NCBI GenBank assembly: GCA_965204735.1
Contig: OZ242008.1
Location: 544,001-608,000 of the forward strand
Direction: 5' to 3'
Origin: Longimicrobiales bacterium
Lineage (GTDB): Bacteria; Gemmatimonadota; Gemmatimonadetes; Longimicrobiales; Gaopeijiaceae
Length of the DNA stretch: 64,000 bases
Shown in pieces: positions 27,289 to 36,762 of the stretch. The translations under genes were made by a program, and so were the position numbers. The notes below the pieces were generated by a model that made no database searches, was not told the origin of the DNA, and saw only the letters and a program-made list of their open reading frames with translations. Position 1 is the stretch's first letter; the number at the start of each line of letters is the position of its first letter.

Positions 27289-28863
27289 ATGTCCGTGGAC
27301 AGCGACGCCCGCGCCCTGCCCGCGCTTCCCGAGGCGGTGGCGGCGGTCCTGGAGGATTTTCGCAGCTGCCTGGAGACGCAGGTCCGGGCTTGGCGCCTGG
27401 TGGGCGGCGAACGGGCGCCGGTGTTTCCGCCGGCCAGCACGGAGCCGCCGTCGCCCCGCGGAGGGCGATTCTCCGTGGACGCCCTCGACGGACCGCCCCT
27501 GGAGGTGGAGATCGAGGGACACGACCCCGACGGCCCGATGGCCCGGCTGGCGGCGGCGATGCTCGGCCGCGCCTTCGAGATGTCCGGCCAGGTCGCGTCG
27601 TGCAGCGCCGCGCTCTCGGAGCGCCACGCCGAGATCGACCTGCTCTACCGGATCAGCGAGACCCTGGGGTCGATCCTCCACCTGGAAGAGGCCGCCCGCC
27701 TGATCCTGGAAGAGGTCTCGCGGGTGCTGGGCGCGAAGCGAGGCTCCCTGTGGGTGCACCGACCCGACGAGGAGCGCCTCCGTCTGGCCGCCGAGTCCGG
27801 GGGCGGGCAGTTCCGGGAGTCGATTCCCCTGGACGACATGTCCTCGGTGACCGTCCGGGCGTTTCGCAAGGGCGGCCCCGTCATGGCCGCGGGCTCCGAC
27901 GTCGCGGGCGCCGACCGGGACGGACGCCCGCCGGGCAAGGAAGACACGTGGCTCTCGGTGCCGGTTCGCTACGCGCCCCAGTCGGGAGAGCACCGTACGG
28001 TGGGCGTGGTCAACCTGATCGGCCGCCGACGCCGGGGCGGCTTCACCGCGGCGGACCAGCGGCTCCTCACCGCCATCGCCAACCAGATCGGCGCCGCGCT
28101 GGAGAACAACCGGCTCATCCGGGAGAGCATGGCGCGGGAACGGGTCTCCCGCGAGATGGAGCTGGCCCACGACCTGCAGATGAAGCTGCTGCCGCCGGTG
28201 CGGCCGGTGCCGGGGGTGGACGCGGCGGCGCGGGTGCAGCCCTCGGTGTCGGTGGGGGGCGATCTCTACCAGGTCCTGCAGATTTCGGGGGGACGGCTGG
28301 GGGTCATGATCGGCGACGTGTCGGGCCACGGCTATCCGGCGGCCCTGATCATGGCGCTGGTGATGAGCGCCGCCGCCATCTCCGCAAAGAGAGAGGCGTC
28401 GCCGTCCGCCGTCCTCGAGGCGGTGGACAAGGCGATCGGCGCCGAGCTGGAGTCGACGGAGATGTACGTCTCCCTCTGCTACTGCGTGCTCGCGCCCCAC
28501 GACGGGGAGATCAGGTACTCGAACGCCGGTCACCCCCACGCCTTCGTCGTCCAGCCGGGCGGGGCGTCGAGCCGCCTCTTCGCCACCGACCCGCCCATGG
28601 GAATCGACGGGCCGCCCTACACCGAGTCGTCCGTGTCGTGGACGCCCGGGCGGGACCTCCTCCTCCTCTTCACCGACGGGCTCTCGGACACCGTGGCGCA
28701 GCGCCACCGCCGAAGCGGGGAGGAGCTGGTGCTGCAGACCGTGGCCGAGCACCACCCCGAGCCCGTGGCGCAGATCCTCGCCCGGCTCTTCGAGGTGGCG
28801 GAGCGGGCGATCCCGTCGATCCCCGCCGACGACCGCACGGCGCTGCTGCTGCGGACGACCTGA
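27289..28863 (+). CDS. GAF plus SpoIIE/PP2C phosphatase (RsbU-like)
   Basis: GAF domain ending ALEN, then VGGDLY, GDVSGHG, NAGHP, FTDGL, DDRT. Confidence 0.92.
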   Translation: MSVDSDARALPALPEAVAAVLEDFRSCLETQVRAWRLVGGERAPVFPPASTEPPSPRGGRFSVDALDGPPLEVEIEGHDPDGPMARLAAAMLGRAFEMSGQVASCSAALSERHAEIDLLYRISETLGSILHLEEAARLILEEVSRVLGAKRGSLWVHRPDEERLRLAAESGGGQFRESIPLDDMSSVTVRAFRKGGPVMAAGSDVAGADRDGRPPGKEDTWLSVPVRYAPQSGEHRTVGVVNLIGRRRRGGFTAADQRLLTAIANQIGAALENNRLIRESMARERVSREMELAHDLQMKLLPPVRPVPGVDAAARVQPSVSVGGDLYQVLQISGGRLGVMIGDVSGHGYPAALIMALVMSAAAISAKREASPSAVLEAVDKAIGAELESTEMYVSLCYCVLAPHDGEIRYSNAGHPHAFVVQPGGASSRLFATDPPMGIDGPPYTESSVSWTPGRDLLLLFTDGLSDTVAQRHRRSGEELVLQTVAEHHPEPVAQILARLFEVAERAIPSIPADDRTALLLRTT

Positions 28864-28979
28864 TGCCCGCGGGGGACGGGCCGACGCCCTCCGTCGCGCC
28901 TCCGTCGCGGAGCCGTTGATGCACGCGCGCATCGGGCCGCCGTCGGCATGACGCCGGCGCGTGATCGGGTGCAACGTTG

Positions 28980-29840
28980 ATGCCCGTGCGCCACGGGCCG
29001 CCGCCCGGCTCCGCCAGCGTCCGGCCCAAGCGCTCCTTGGGTCAAAACTTCCTCGTCGACCCGAACCTCCAGCGAAGGATCGCCGAAGCTGCGCAAGGAG
29101 AAGCGGGCGATCCGATGCTGGAGATCGGGCCGGGACGCGGCGCGCTGACGGGCCACTTGGCGCGGCGGGGCGTGAAGCTCTGGGCCGTGGAGCTCGACGA
29201 CCGGCTTGCCGCCTCGCTGACCGCCCGGCATGCGGCGGACCCCCTCGTGACCGTCGTTCACGGCGACGTGCTCCGACTGGACCTGCCGGCTCTCACGGGC
29301 GAGTGGGCCGCCACCAGGGTGGTGGGGAACATCCCCTACAACATCACCACGCCGATCGTCTTTCGGCTGCTCTCGCCGCCCTGCCCGCTGGAGATCGTGA
29401 TGACCGTGCAGGCCGAGGTGGCGGCTCGGATGCTGGCGGGCCCAGGTTCTCGAACCTACGGCGCCTTGTCGGTGGGCGTGAGCCTCCACGCCAAGGCGGA
29501 GCGGCTCTTCAAGGCGCCGCGCCGTGCCTTCAGGCCGGTTCCCAAGGTGGACTCGACCGTGGTGCGGCTCACGCCCCACGCGCCGCCGCGCCTCTCTTCC
29601 CAGGAAGCGGTCCGGGTGCGCCGGCTGGTGCGGGCAGCGTTCTCGTGGCGTCGCAAGCAGATCGGGACGATCCTGGCGCGCCACCCCGAGGCGCGGGCCC
29701 TCGGCGGCTCGGGAGCCGCGGCGCTGGCCGTCCTGGAATCCCGAGGAGCGTCGGCGACTGCGCGGCCCGAGGAGCTGGCGCCGGAGGACTTCACGGCTCT
29801 GGCGGAGGCGCTTCGGTCGCCGGACGCCTCGAGCGCCTGA
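28980..29840 (+). CDS. rsmA: 16S rRNA dimethyladenosine transferase
   Basis: KRSLGQNFL, EIGPGRG, GNIPYNIT, FRPVPKVDS. Confidence 0.95.
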   Translation: MPVRHGPPPGSASVRPKRSLGQNFLVDPNLQRRIAEAAQGEAGDPMLEIGPGRGALTGHLARRGVKLWAVELDDRLAASLTARHAADPLVTVVHGDVLRLDLPALTGEWAATRVVGNIPYNITTPIVFRLLSPPCPLEIVMTVQAEVAARMLAGPGSRTYGALSVGVSLHAKAERLFKAPRRAFRPVPKVDSTVVRLTPHAPPRLSSQEAVRVRRLVRAAFSWRRKQIGTILARHPEARALGGSGAAALAVLESRGASATARPEELAPEDFTALAEALRSPDASSA

Positions 29841-30942
29841 CCGCCCGGTGCCACGCCATGGCCATGCCGGTCCACACCAGGCACACGGCGCCAAGGGACG
29901 CGATCGCCGCGAGCGCCTGGCCCGCCACACCCCAGTACTCGCCCGTGTGGGCGTGACGGAAGAACAGCTGCCCCCTTCGACCGGGGCCGACGTCGCTGAA
30001 CGCCTCCCATCGGACGACGACCCCGGTTCGCGCGTCCACGGTCATGGCGGCGGCGCGCTGGGGCTGGCCCTCGAGCCCGGTCCGCACCTCCACCGCGACT
30101 TCCGTGGACCCTTCCCGAGGCACGTGCACGACGATGCTCCGCCACTCGGGCGCGGCCCGCTCCGCCGCCGCCAGCGCGGCGTCGAGTCCGGCGCGGCCGT
30201 CGCCGGCGTCCCTCGCCCCGACCGCGGCCGACGCGACGATGCTGCCCAGCGGCAGCGCGGCGCCCACGACCGGAGCGGCCCGGTCGCCGAGGCGCGGGTA
30301 CGACAAGACGACGGCGGACGCGGCGACCACCAGCAACGGTCCCGCAAGCCAGAACCCGGCGACCTTGTGCCAGCTGAGTGCCCGCGCTTGCCCCCGGGCG
30401 CCTCGCAACGGCTTGGCCGACGCGACGAACGTCCTGCGGTTGAAGGGCCGGGGCAGCCAGAGCAGCGGCCCCGTCGCCAGCAGAAAGAGGAGCGCGACGT
30501 TGGCCGCGCCCGTGACCGCACGTCCTTGGCGCACCAGGCCGCCGGGCGCCGCGAGCCAGCGATGCCAGGCGCGAACGCCCTCGAAGAACTCTGCGACCGC
30601 GAGCGAGCCCCGGCCCAGCGCGGCTCCCACGTAAGGGTCCATAAAGAGCTGCTCTCCCCGGGCGGAGCCCAGCCGGACCGGCGCGCGTCGGTCCGCTTCG
30701 TAGCGGATCGAGACGGCTTCGAAGGGGCCGTCCAGGGTGCCGGCCCGGCGCGCCGCCTGAAGCAGCTCGGCAACGGGCATCCTCTCGGCATCCTGCGCCG
30801 GCGCCGCGAGCCGCGGCTGGAAGAGCTTCACCGCGGCGTTCTCCAAGGAGAGCACGATCCCCGTGGCCGCCATGACGAGGATCGGAGCCGCGGCGACGAC
30901 CGCGGCCGCCAAGTGGAGACGGAGAACGACCGCGCGAATCAC
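29791..30942 (-). CDS. PepSY-associated TM helix protein
   Basis: LRLHL...MAATG, DPYVG, WHRWL, WHKVAG, HTGEYWG. Confidence 0.88.
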   Translation of the reverse strand: MIRAVVLRLHLAAAVVAAAPILVMAATGIVLSLENAAVKLFQPRLAAPAQDAERMPVAELLQAARRAGTLDGPFEAVSIRYEADRRAPVRLGSARGEQLFMDPYVGAALGRGSLAVAEFFEGVRAWHRWLAAPGGLVRQGRAVTGAANVALLFLLATGPLLWLPRPFNRRTFVASAKPLRGARGQARALSWHKVAGFWLAGPLLVVAASAVVLSYPRLGDRAAPVVGAALPLGSIVASAAVGARDAGDGRAGLDAALAAAERAAPEWRSIVVHVPREGSTEVAVEVRTGLEGQPQRAAAMTVDARTGVVVRWEAFSDVGPGRRGQLFFRHAHTGEYWGVAGQALAAIASLGAVCLVWTGMAMAWHRAVRRSRRPATEAPPPEP

Positions 30943-30972
30943 GCTGGGGCCAGACCGGCGCCGCAGGCGGGT

Positions 30973-31162
30973 GCCGGCGGCGGGTTGCCGACGAGAGCCT
31001 GCTGTGGCCTCAGCGGCCAAGCGACGACGCGAACGACTTTCCCGCCGGCGGCGGGTTGCCGACGAGAGGGTGCTCTGGCCTCGGCGCGGCCAAAGCGACG
31101 ACGCGAACGACTTTCCCGCCAGCGGCGGATTGCCGACGAGAGCCTGCCGTGGCCTCGGGCCG
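30973..31162. repeat. Imperfect tandem repeat, about 2.6 copies of a 71-74 bp unit
   Basis: GCCRGCGGCGGRTTGCCGACGAGAG starts at 30973, 31044 and 31118. AAGCGACGACGCGAACGACTTTCCC occurs twice. Confidence 0.9.
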
Positions 31163-31177
31163 CTCGCCGTCGCGAAG

Positions 31178-31735
31178 CTACTTGATCGTGACGTAGCGCT
31201 CGAGACGGGCCACTTCGTCTTCGTCGACGTACTTGCCGATCTCCCGCCGGAACTGATCCATGTCCACGTAGGGTCGGTACTCTTCGAACTCGTGAGCCAT
31301 CCGGTCGCCCAGCCCTGGAATCAGCAGGATCTCGTCTCGATCCGCCGAGTTCAGGTCCATGGGGACCCAGACCTTCTCGTACGCTTGGCGTGCCGCCTCT
31401 TCTCCCACGGCGGCGGTCAAGGCGGCGTGGAGTTCCGAAGGACGCGCGAAGGGCCGTGCCCCGACGATCGCATCCGCCGCTCCGGGGATCGCTTCCAGAG
31501 CTGCCGACAGTTCGTCCGCCGCGGCGTCGTTGGCGTTGGCCAGGACCAGGGCGCCGGCGTCCATGGCGGTGGCGGCGTCGGCATGAGCACCCTCGTCGGT
31601 GGTTGCCGCCTCCATGTCGGAGGCGTCGGACCCTGCGTCTCCGCACGAGGTCAGCACGGATGCAGCAAGGAGAGAAGGGAACGCGACGAGCGCGGCGCGG
31701 ACGTGGAGTTGCTTCATCGTCTTGTGGTTCTCCAT
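31178..31735 (-). CDS. Lipoprotein with helix-hairpin-helix domains
   Basis: LTSC lipobox, ANDAAADEL...IVGARPF, DLNSADRDEILLIPGLG...EYRPY. Confidence 0.8.
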   Translation of the reverse strand: MENHKTMKQLHVRAALVAFPSLLAASVLTSCGDAGSDASDMEAATTDEGAHADAATAMDAGALVLANANDAAADELSAALEAIPGAADAIVGARPFARPSELHAALTAAVGEEAARQAYEKVWVPMDLNSADRDEILLIPGLGDRMAHEFEEYRPYVDMDQFRREIGKYVDEDEVARLERYVTIK

Positions 31736-31806
31736 GAACTGGCTCAGCCCGAGAGCCGTTCGGCCCGCGAGCAGGAAGCCCTCAATCTAGATTCACGTCC
31801 GGCGAC

Positions 31807-31914
31807 AAGGAAGGCTGGCCAACGAAGGACAAGCTGGCCAACAAAGGAGAAGGAAGGCTGGCCAACGAAGGAGACCGACCGGCCCAACAAAGGAGACCGA
31901 CCGGGTGTCTCCTT
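31807..31914 (+). repeat. Purine-rich short repeat cluster ending in a hairpin
   Basis: AAGGAAGGCTGGCCAACGAAGGA at 31807 and 31850. AAGGAGACCGACCGG twice. Stem AAGGAGAC/GTCTCCTT spans 31890-31914. Confidence 0.8.
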
Positions 31915-32043
31915 CAAGGTTCATGCACCCTTCGGCCTCGCGGGGGACGGCACGCCGAAGAGGGAGAGCTCGCCAAGGGAGCCGCCGACCGCCGACGAGG
32001 GGCGACGGCCGCGGGACGAGGACGCAACGGGAGGGACGACGCC

Positions 32044-34368
32044 ATGAGAGGATTGGCCGGAGGTTGCGCCGCGCTGTGGCGCGCGGCGTCTGCCGCTGCG
32101 GCGCTGGTTGTGATTGTGGGCCCCGGGTCCGCCGACGCCCAGGACTCCGCCGGCTCCAACGGCGGCGGCGGTTCGGCTTCCGTCTTGCAGGCGCACCTGC
32201 TCCCGGACGCGGCGGAGATCGAACTGGACGGAGTGCTGGACGAGGCCGTCTGGCGACAGGCCGCCGCTGTCGCAGACTTCACCCAGCAGGAACCCGTCGA
32301 AGGGGGCCGCCCCTCGGAAGAAACCGAGATCCGCATCGTCTTTGACGAGGACGACCTGTACATCGGCGCCGTCTTCTACGACGACCCGGACGGCGTCCTG
32401 GCCTACCAGAGGCAGCGGGACGCCAGCTTGGGCACCGACGACCGCTTCATGTGGATACTGGACACGTTCCTGGACGGGCGCACCGGCTACTTCTTCGAGA
32501 TCAATCCGGCCGGCTTGATGGGAGACGGGATCCTCACCGGCGGCGGTGGCGGAGGTGGGGGCGGGGGCGGCTTCGGTGGCGGAGGCGGGAAGGCGTGGGA
32601 CGGCATCTGGGAAGCCCGAACCGCCATGCGCCCCGACGGCTGGTCCGCCGAGATCCGAATCCCCTTCAGGACCCTCAACTTCAACCCGGAGCTGGAGAGC
32701 TGGGGGATCAACTTCCAGCGCACGATCCGCCGTCGCAACGAAGAGATCCTGTGGCGGGGACACCGTCGCAACGAAGGGCTCTTCCGCCCCGTCTACGCGG
32801 GCCGTCTCACGGGCTTGCGCAACCTGTCCCAAGGTCTGGGACTGGAGGCGCGACCCTCGGCGATCGCCAGCTGGAGGAGCGTGCCCGACAACGCCGACCC
32901 CACGACCTTCCCCCGCGACTTGAGCCTGGACGTGAACTACAGCGTCACATCCAGCCTGCGGGCGTCGGCCAGCATCAACACCGACTTTGCCGAAGTCGAG
33001 AGCGACCAGCGAAGGGTCAACCTGACCCGCTTCCCGCAACGCTTTCCCGAGCGTCGCGACTTCTTCCTGGAAGGGTCGGGAGTCTTCACCTTCGCGCCGC
33101 GAAGCGGTCCTTCGCCTTTCTTCTCCCGGCGGATCGGACTTCGGTCCGGGCAGCAGATCCCCATCCAGTACGGGACCAGGCTGACGGGACAGGCAGGCGG
33201 CTTCGAACTGGGCTTCTACCAGATCGGGACCGGCGCTCACGGGTGGTTCGACGAAGGGGACGCGGCCCAGGTCTCCGTGCCCGGAGAGAGCTTCACCGTG
33301 GCCCGCGCGAAGCGGCGGATACTGGAGCAGTCGGCCGTGGGGGCGATCTACACGCGCCGCGCCACCTCTCCCGACTCGACCGGACACGCTCCGGCGACGG
33401 GACACACGGCCGGGATCGACTTCGAGTTCGCCACGCGCCACTTCATGGGCGACAACCGCTTCGAGATGGAGGCGTTCGTGGTGTGGAACTCGAACCCGGA
33501 CCCGGCGGTGGAGCGCTCCTTCGGGGACCTGTCGGCCCGCGGCTTCCGGCTGAACTTTCCCAACGACGTGTGGTCGGGACACCTCTCGTACAGGGAGTTT
33601 GGCGACGACTACGCGCCGTCGCTTGGCTTCGTCACCCGCAACGGCTTCCGTCGCGTGGAGCCCCGGATCGGCTGGGCGCCCCGGCCCGAGAGCATCGATT
33701 GGCTGCGCCAGCTCGACTTCGCCGTCCAGTTCAGGAACCTGACCCAGCTGGGGACGGGGATCGTCGAGGAGCGCCAGTTGCAGCTGGACGTCCTGGAACT
33801 GGACTTCGAGAGCGGCGACAACGTGAGCCTGGAGGCGACGCGCACCACCGAGTACCTGGACTACTCCTTCGAGGTCAGCGACGGCGTCGACATCCTGCCC
33901 GGCCAGTACACCAGCTGGGAGTGGCAGGTGCGGGGCAGGACCACGGGCCGGCGTCGGGTGTCGGGCTTCGCCAGCATGGCGTGGGGCGGCTTCTGGGACG
34001 GGGACCGGACCCGGATCAACGCCCGCGCGACGTTCCGCCCGAACCCGGGGATCAGCGTGTCGGCCAGCTTGGAGCACAACGACGTGTCGCTGCCCCGGGG
34101 CGACTTCTCCGCCGACGTGTACGAGCTGGAAGGCCAGTGGAACGCGAACCAGTGGATCGGCGCGACCGGCCAGCTCCAGTACGACAACGACAGCGGCGTC
34201 CTTGGACTCTTCGCCCGCCTGCGCTGGATCGTCCGCCCCGGCAACGACGTCTTCCTCGTCTACACGCACAACTGGCGGAACCTGGGCATGGGCATCCTGG
34301 ACAACCGGGACCTGATCACCCTCTCCCGAGGCGCGTCGGTCAAGGTCAACTACACGTACCGGTTCTAG
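32044..34368 (+). CDS. CBM9-like/DUF5916 outer-membrane protein
   Basis: LDGVLDEAVW, LDTFLDG...INPAG, WSAEIRIPF, NTDFAEVESD, ERRDFFLEG, terminal VKVNYTYRF. Confidence 0.88.
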   Translation: MRGLAGGCAALWRAASAAAALVVIVGPGSADAQDSAGSNGGGGSASVLQAHLLPDAAEIELDGVLDEAVWRQAAAVADFTQQEPVEGGRPSEETEIRIVFDEDDLYIGAVFYDDPDGVLAYQRQRDASLGTDDRFMWILDTFLDGRTGYFFEINPAGLMGDGILTGGGGGGGGGGGFGGGGGKAWDGIWEARTAMRPDGWSAEIRIPFRTLNFNPELESWGINFQRTIRRRNEEILWRGHRRNEGLFRPVYAGRLTGLRNLSQGLGLEARPSAIASWRSVPDNADPTTFPRDLSLDVNYSVTSSLRASASINTDFAEVESDQRRVNLTRFPQRFPERRDFFLEGSGVFTFAPRSGPSPFFSRRIGLRSGQQIPIQYGTRLTGQAGGFELGFYQIGTGAHGWFDEGDAAQVSVPGESFTVARAKRRILEQSAVGAIYTRRATSPDSTGHAPATGHTAGIDFEFATRHFMGDNRFEMEAFVVWNSNPDPAVERSFGDLSARGFRLNFPNDVWSGHLSYREFGDDYAPSLGFVTRNGFRRVEPRIGWAPRPESIDWLRQLDFAVQFRNLTQLGTGIVEERQLQLDVLELDFESGDNVSLEATRTTEYLDYSFEVSDGVDILPGQYTSWEWQVRGRTTGRRRVSGFASMAWGGFWDGDRTRINARATFRPNPGISVSASLEHNDVSLPRGDFSADVYELEGQWNANQWIGATGQLQYDNDSGVLGLFARLRWIVRPGNDVFLVYTHNWRNLGMGILDNRDLITLSRGASVKVNYTYRF

Positions 34369-34600
34369 TCGGCCCTCCAGGCGGGGCCTTCTGGCGGGTT
34401 TTCCGGGGTCTTCTGGCGGTTTTGCCAACCGCCTCTTGCGGGTCCCACGGCCTTCGGCGGGCCTTCCGGGGCGACGTGCGCGCGCCGGTCAAGGTTCGGC
34501 GGCTTCCTGCCGGGTAAGGTTCGGCGACTTCCTGCGTAGTACTTTCGACTCTCTCCCACCACTTTCGACTTTCTCCCCCACCAACAGACGAAATCCAACG

Positions 34601-34765
34601 ATGATCGCGTGTCCTGTATGCGACGCGGCAGTGCGGCTCTCCGAAGACCCTGTCGAAGGCGAGCTTCTGGAATGCCCCGACTGCGGGTGCGAGCTGGAGG
34701 TCCTCTCTCTCGACCCGGCGGTGCTGGGCGAAGCGCCCGACGCCGAGGAGGACTGGGGCGAGTAG
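34601..34765 (+). CDS. lysW: Amino-group carrier protein LysW
   Basis: 54 aa with CPVC...CPDC Zn ribbon and the C-terminal EEDWGE signature. Confidence 0.96.
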   Translation: MIACPVCDAAVRLSEDPVEGELLECPDCGCELEVLSLDPAVLGEAPDAEEDWGE

Positions 34766-34798
34766 CGTCGCGCCCGGCCCAGCCAAGTCCCTGCTGCC

Positions 34799-35635
34799 AT
34801 GAGAGTCGGCTTCCTCCATTCCCTGATCCGCAGGGACGAAAAGCTGCTGATCCAGGAGCTGCGGCGCCGGCCCGGCGTCGAGCTGGCGCTGCTCGACGAC
34901 CGGCGGCTCGTGTTCGACCTTGACTCGGCGCCGGCCGTGGACGTGGCCCTGGAGCGCTGCATCAACCACTCCCGGGCAATGCACGCCCTGCGGCTCTTCG
35001 AGAGCGCTGGGGTGACGTGCGTCAACGCCTACGAAGTGGCCCGACGCTGCGGCGACAAGATCCTGACGGCCACGGCCCTGGCCGAGTCCGGCGTGCCCCA
35101 GCCCGCGACGCGGATCGCCTTCACCGAGGCGTCGGCGCTGGAGGCGGTCGAGGAGCTGGGCTATCCGGTCGTCCTCAAGCCTGCCGTGGGCTCGTGGGGG
35201 CGCCTGCTTTCCAAGATCAACGATCGGGAGGCCGCCGAGACGGTCCTGGAGCACAAGACGGTCCTGGGCACGTACCACCACTCGATCTTCTTCGTGCAGA
35301 AGTACGTCGAGAAGAACGGCAGAGACATCCGCAGCTTCGTGGTGGGCGACGAGTGCGTGGCCGCGATCTACCGGAGCTCGGACCACTGGATCACCAACAC
35401 GGCCCGGGGCGCTCGGGCGTCCAACTGCCCAGTGACGCCGGAGGTCGCCGACATCTCGCTCCGCGCCGCCGAGTCGGTGGGGGGCGGCGTGCTGGCTGTG
35501 GACTTGTTCGAGGCCGATGACGGACTTCTGGCCAACGAGGTCAACTACACGATGGAGTTCAAGAACAGCATTGACGTGACCGGGGTGGACATCCCCGAGC
35601 GGATCGTGTCCTACGTTCTGGAGGCGGCCCGATGA
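34799..35635 (+). CDS. lysX: Alpha-aminoadipate-LysW ligase (ATP-grasp)
   Basis: [31 protein letters not shown]. Adjacent to lysW. Confidence 0.93.
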   Translation: MRVGFLHSLIRRDEKLLIQELRRRPGVELALLDDRRLVFDLDSAPAVDVALERCINHSRAMHALRLFESAGVTCVNAYEVARRCGDKILTATALAESGVPQPATRIAFTEASALEAVEELGYPVVLKPAVGSWGRLLSKINDREAAETVLEHKTVLGTYHHSIFFVQKYVEKNGRDIRSFVVGDECVAAIYRSSDHWITNTARGARASNCPVTPEVADISLRAAESVGGGVLAVDLFEADDGLLANEVNYTMEFKNSIDVTGVDIPERIVSYVLEAAR

Positions 35636-36684
35636 TCCGCGTCGCGGTGGTCGGCGGCTCGGGGTACGTCGGGGGCGAGCTGCTGCGGCTTCTGCTGGGA
35701 CACCCGGACGCGGAGGTCGCGCAGGTCACGTCGGAGCGGCTGGCGGGCAGGTTCGTGCACGCGGTCCATCCGAACTTGCGGAAGTCCACGCTGCTCCGCT
35801 TCTGCTCCGCGGCCGAGCTCTCGTCTTGCGACGTGCTCTTCCTTTGCCTGCCGCACGGCGAGTCGTCCGGTCGGATCGACGAGTTTCGGCGGATTGCCCC
35901 TCGCGTCGTCGACCTGAGCGCCGACTTTCGGCTGACCGACCCGGCCGCCTACGAGCGCTGGTACGGAAAGCCCCACCCCCGTCCCGACCTGCTGGGGCGG
36001 TTCGTGTGCGGGATTCCCGAAGTTCGTCGCGTCGAGCTGCGGGACGCGGAGCTGGTGGCGTGCGCAGGCTGCAACGCGACCGCGACGCTGCTGGCCCTCC
36101 GGCCCTTGTGGGAGGCAGGGCTGGCCGAGTCGGCGGTGGTCGATCTCAAGGTCGGATCGAGCGAGGCGGGAGCGACGCCCACCGAGGGCAGCCACCACCC
36201 GGAGCGGAGCGGGGCGATGCGGTCGTACAAGCCGACGAGACACAGGCACACGGGCGAAGTCGTGCAGGAGCTGGAGGCGTCCGCGCCCGCCCGCCCGTCC
36301 GCGCCCGTGGCGGTACACCTCTCCGCCACGGCGGTCGAGATGGTGCGGGGCGTCCTGGCCACATGCCACGTCTTCACCAAGGAGCCCGTGGACGACAAGA
36401 AGCTGTGGCGGCTCTACCGAAGCGCCTACGGCGTGGAACCCTTCGTGCGGATCGTCAAGGAGCGGCGCGGAGTTCACCGCTTTCCCGACCCCAAGCTCCT
36501 GGCCGGGACCAACTACTGCGACCTGGGGTTCGAGTGCGACCCGGAATCCAACCGAGTGGTCGTGCTCGGCGCACTCGACAACCTGATGAAGGGCGCGGCG
36601 GGCCAGGCCGTGCACGCCTTCAACGTCATGCACGACATCGTGGAGCAAAGGGGGTTGGAGTTCCAGGGGCTGCACCCGGCGTGA
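35632..36684 (+). CDS. lysY: LysW-gamma-aminoadipyl-phosphate reductase (ArgC-like)
   Basis: [29 protein letters not shown]...[18 protein letters not shown]. Confidence 0.9.
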   Translation: MIRVAVVGGSGYVGGELLRLLLGHPDAEVAQVTSERLAGRFVHAVHPNLRKSTLLRFCSAAELSSCDVLFLCLPHGESSGRIDEFRRIAPRVVDLSADFRLTDPAAYERWYGKPHPRPDLLGRFVCGIPEVRRVELRDAELVACAGCNATATLLALRPLWEAGLAESAVVDLKVGSSEAGATPTEGSHHPERSGAMRSYKPTRHRHTGEVVQELEASAPARPSAPVAVHLSATAVEMVRGVLATCHVFTKEPVDDKKLWRLYRSAYGVEPFVRIVKERRGVHRFPDPKLLAGTNYCDLGFECDPESNRVVVLGALDNLMKGAAGQAVHAFNVMHDIVEQRGLEFQGLHPA

Positions 36685-36762
36685 CGGTGGGCGCGCGCGG
36701 GTCACGACGGCGGTTGCGTACGTCGCGGCCCCGTGCGGTCGGACGTCGGGCCGGGCGGCGCG

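Noticed and set aside
29791..29840. 50-bp convergent overlap of rsmA and the PepSY gene
   Set aside because: Common in high-GC genomes, and the overlapping tails look non-conserved.
30973..31162. Possible CRISPR array
   Set aside because: The whole unit repeats, there are no unique spacers, and no cas genes are present.
34370..34600. Lysine riboswitch or attenuator peptide
   Set aside because: No recognisable L-box features and no Lys-rich leader ORF.
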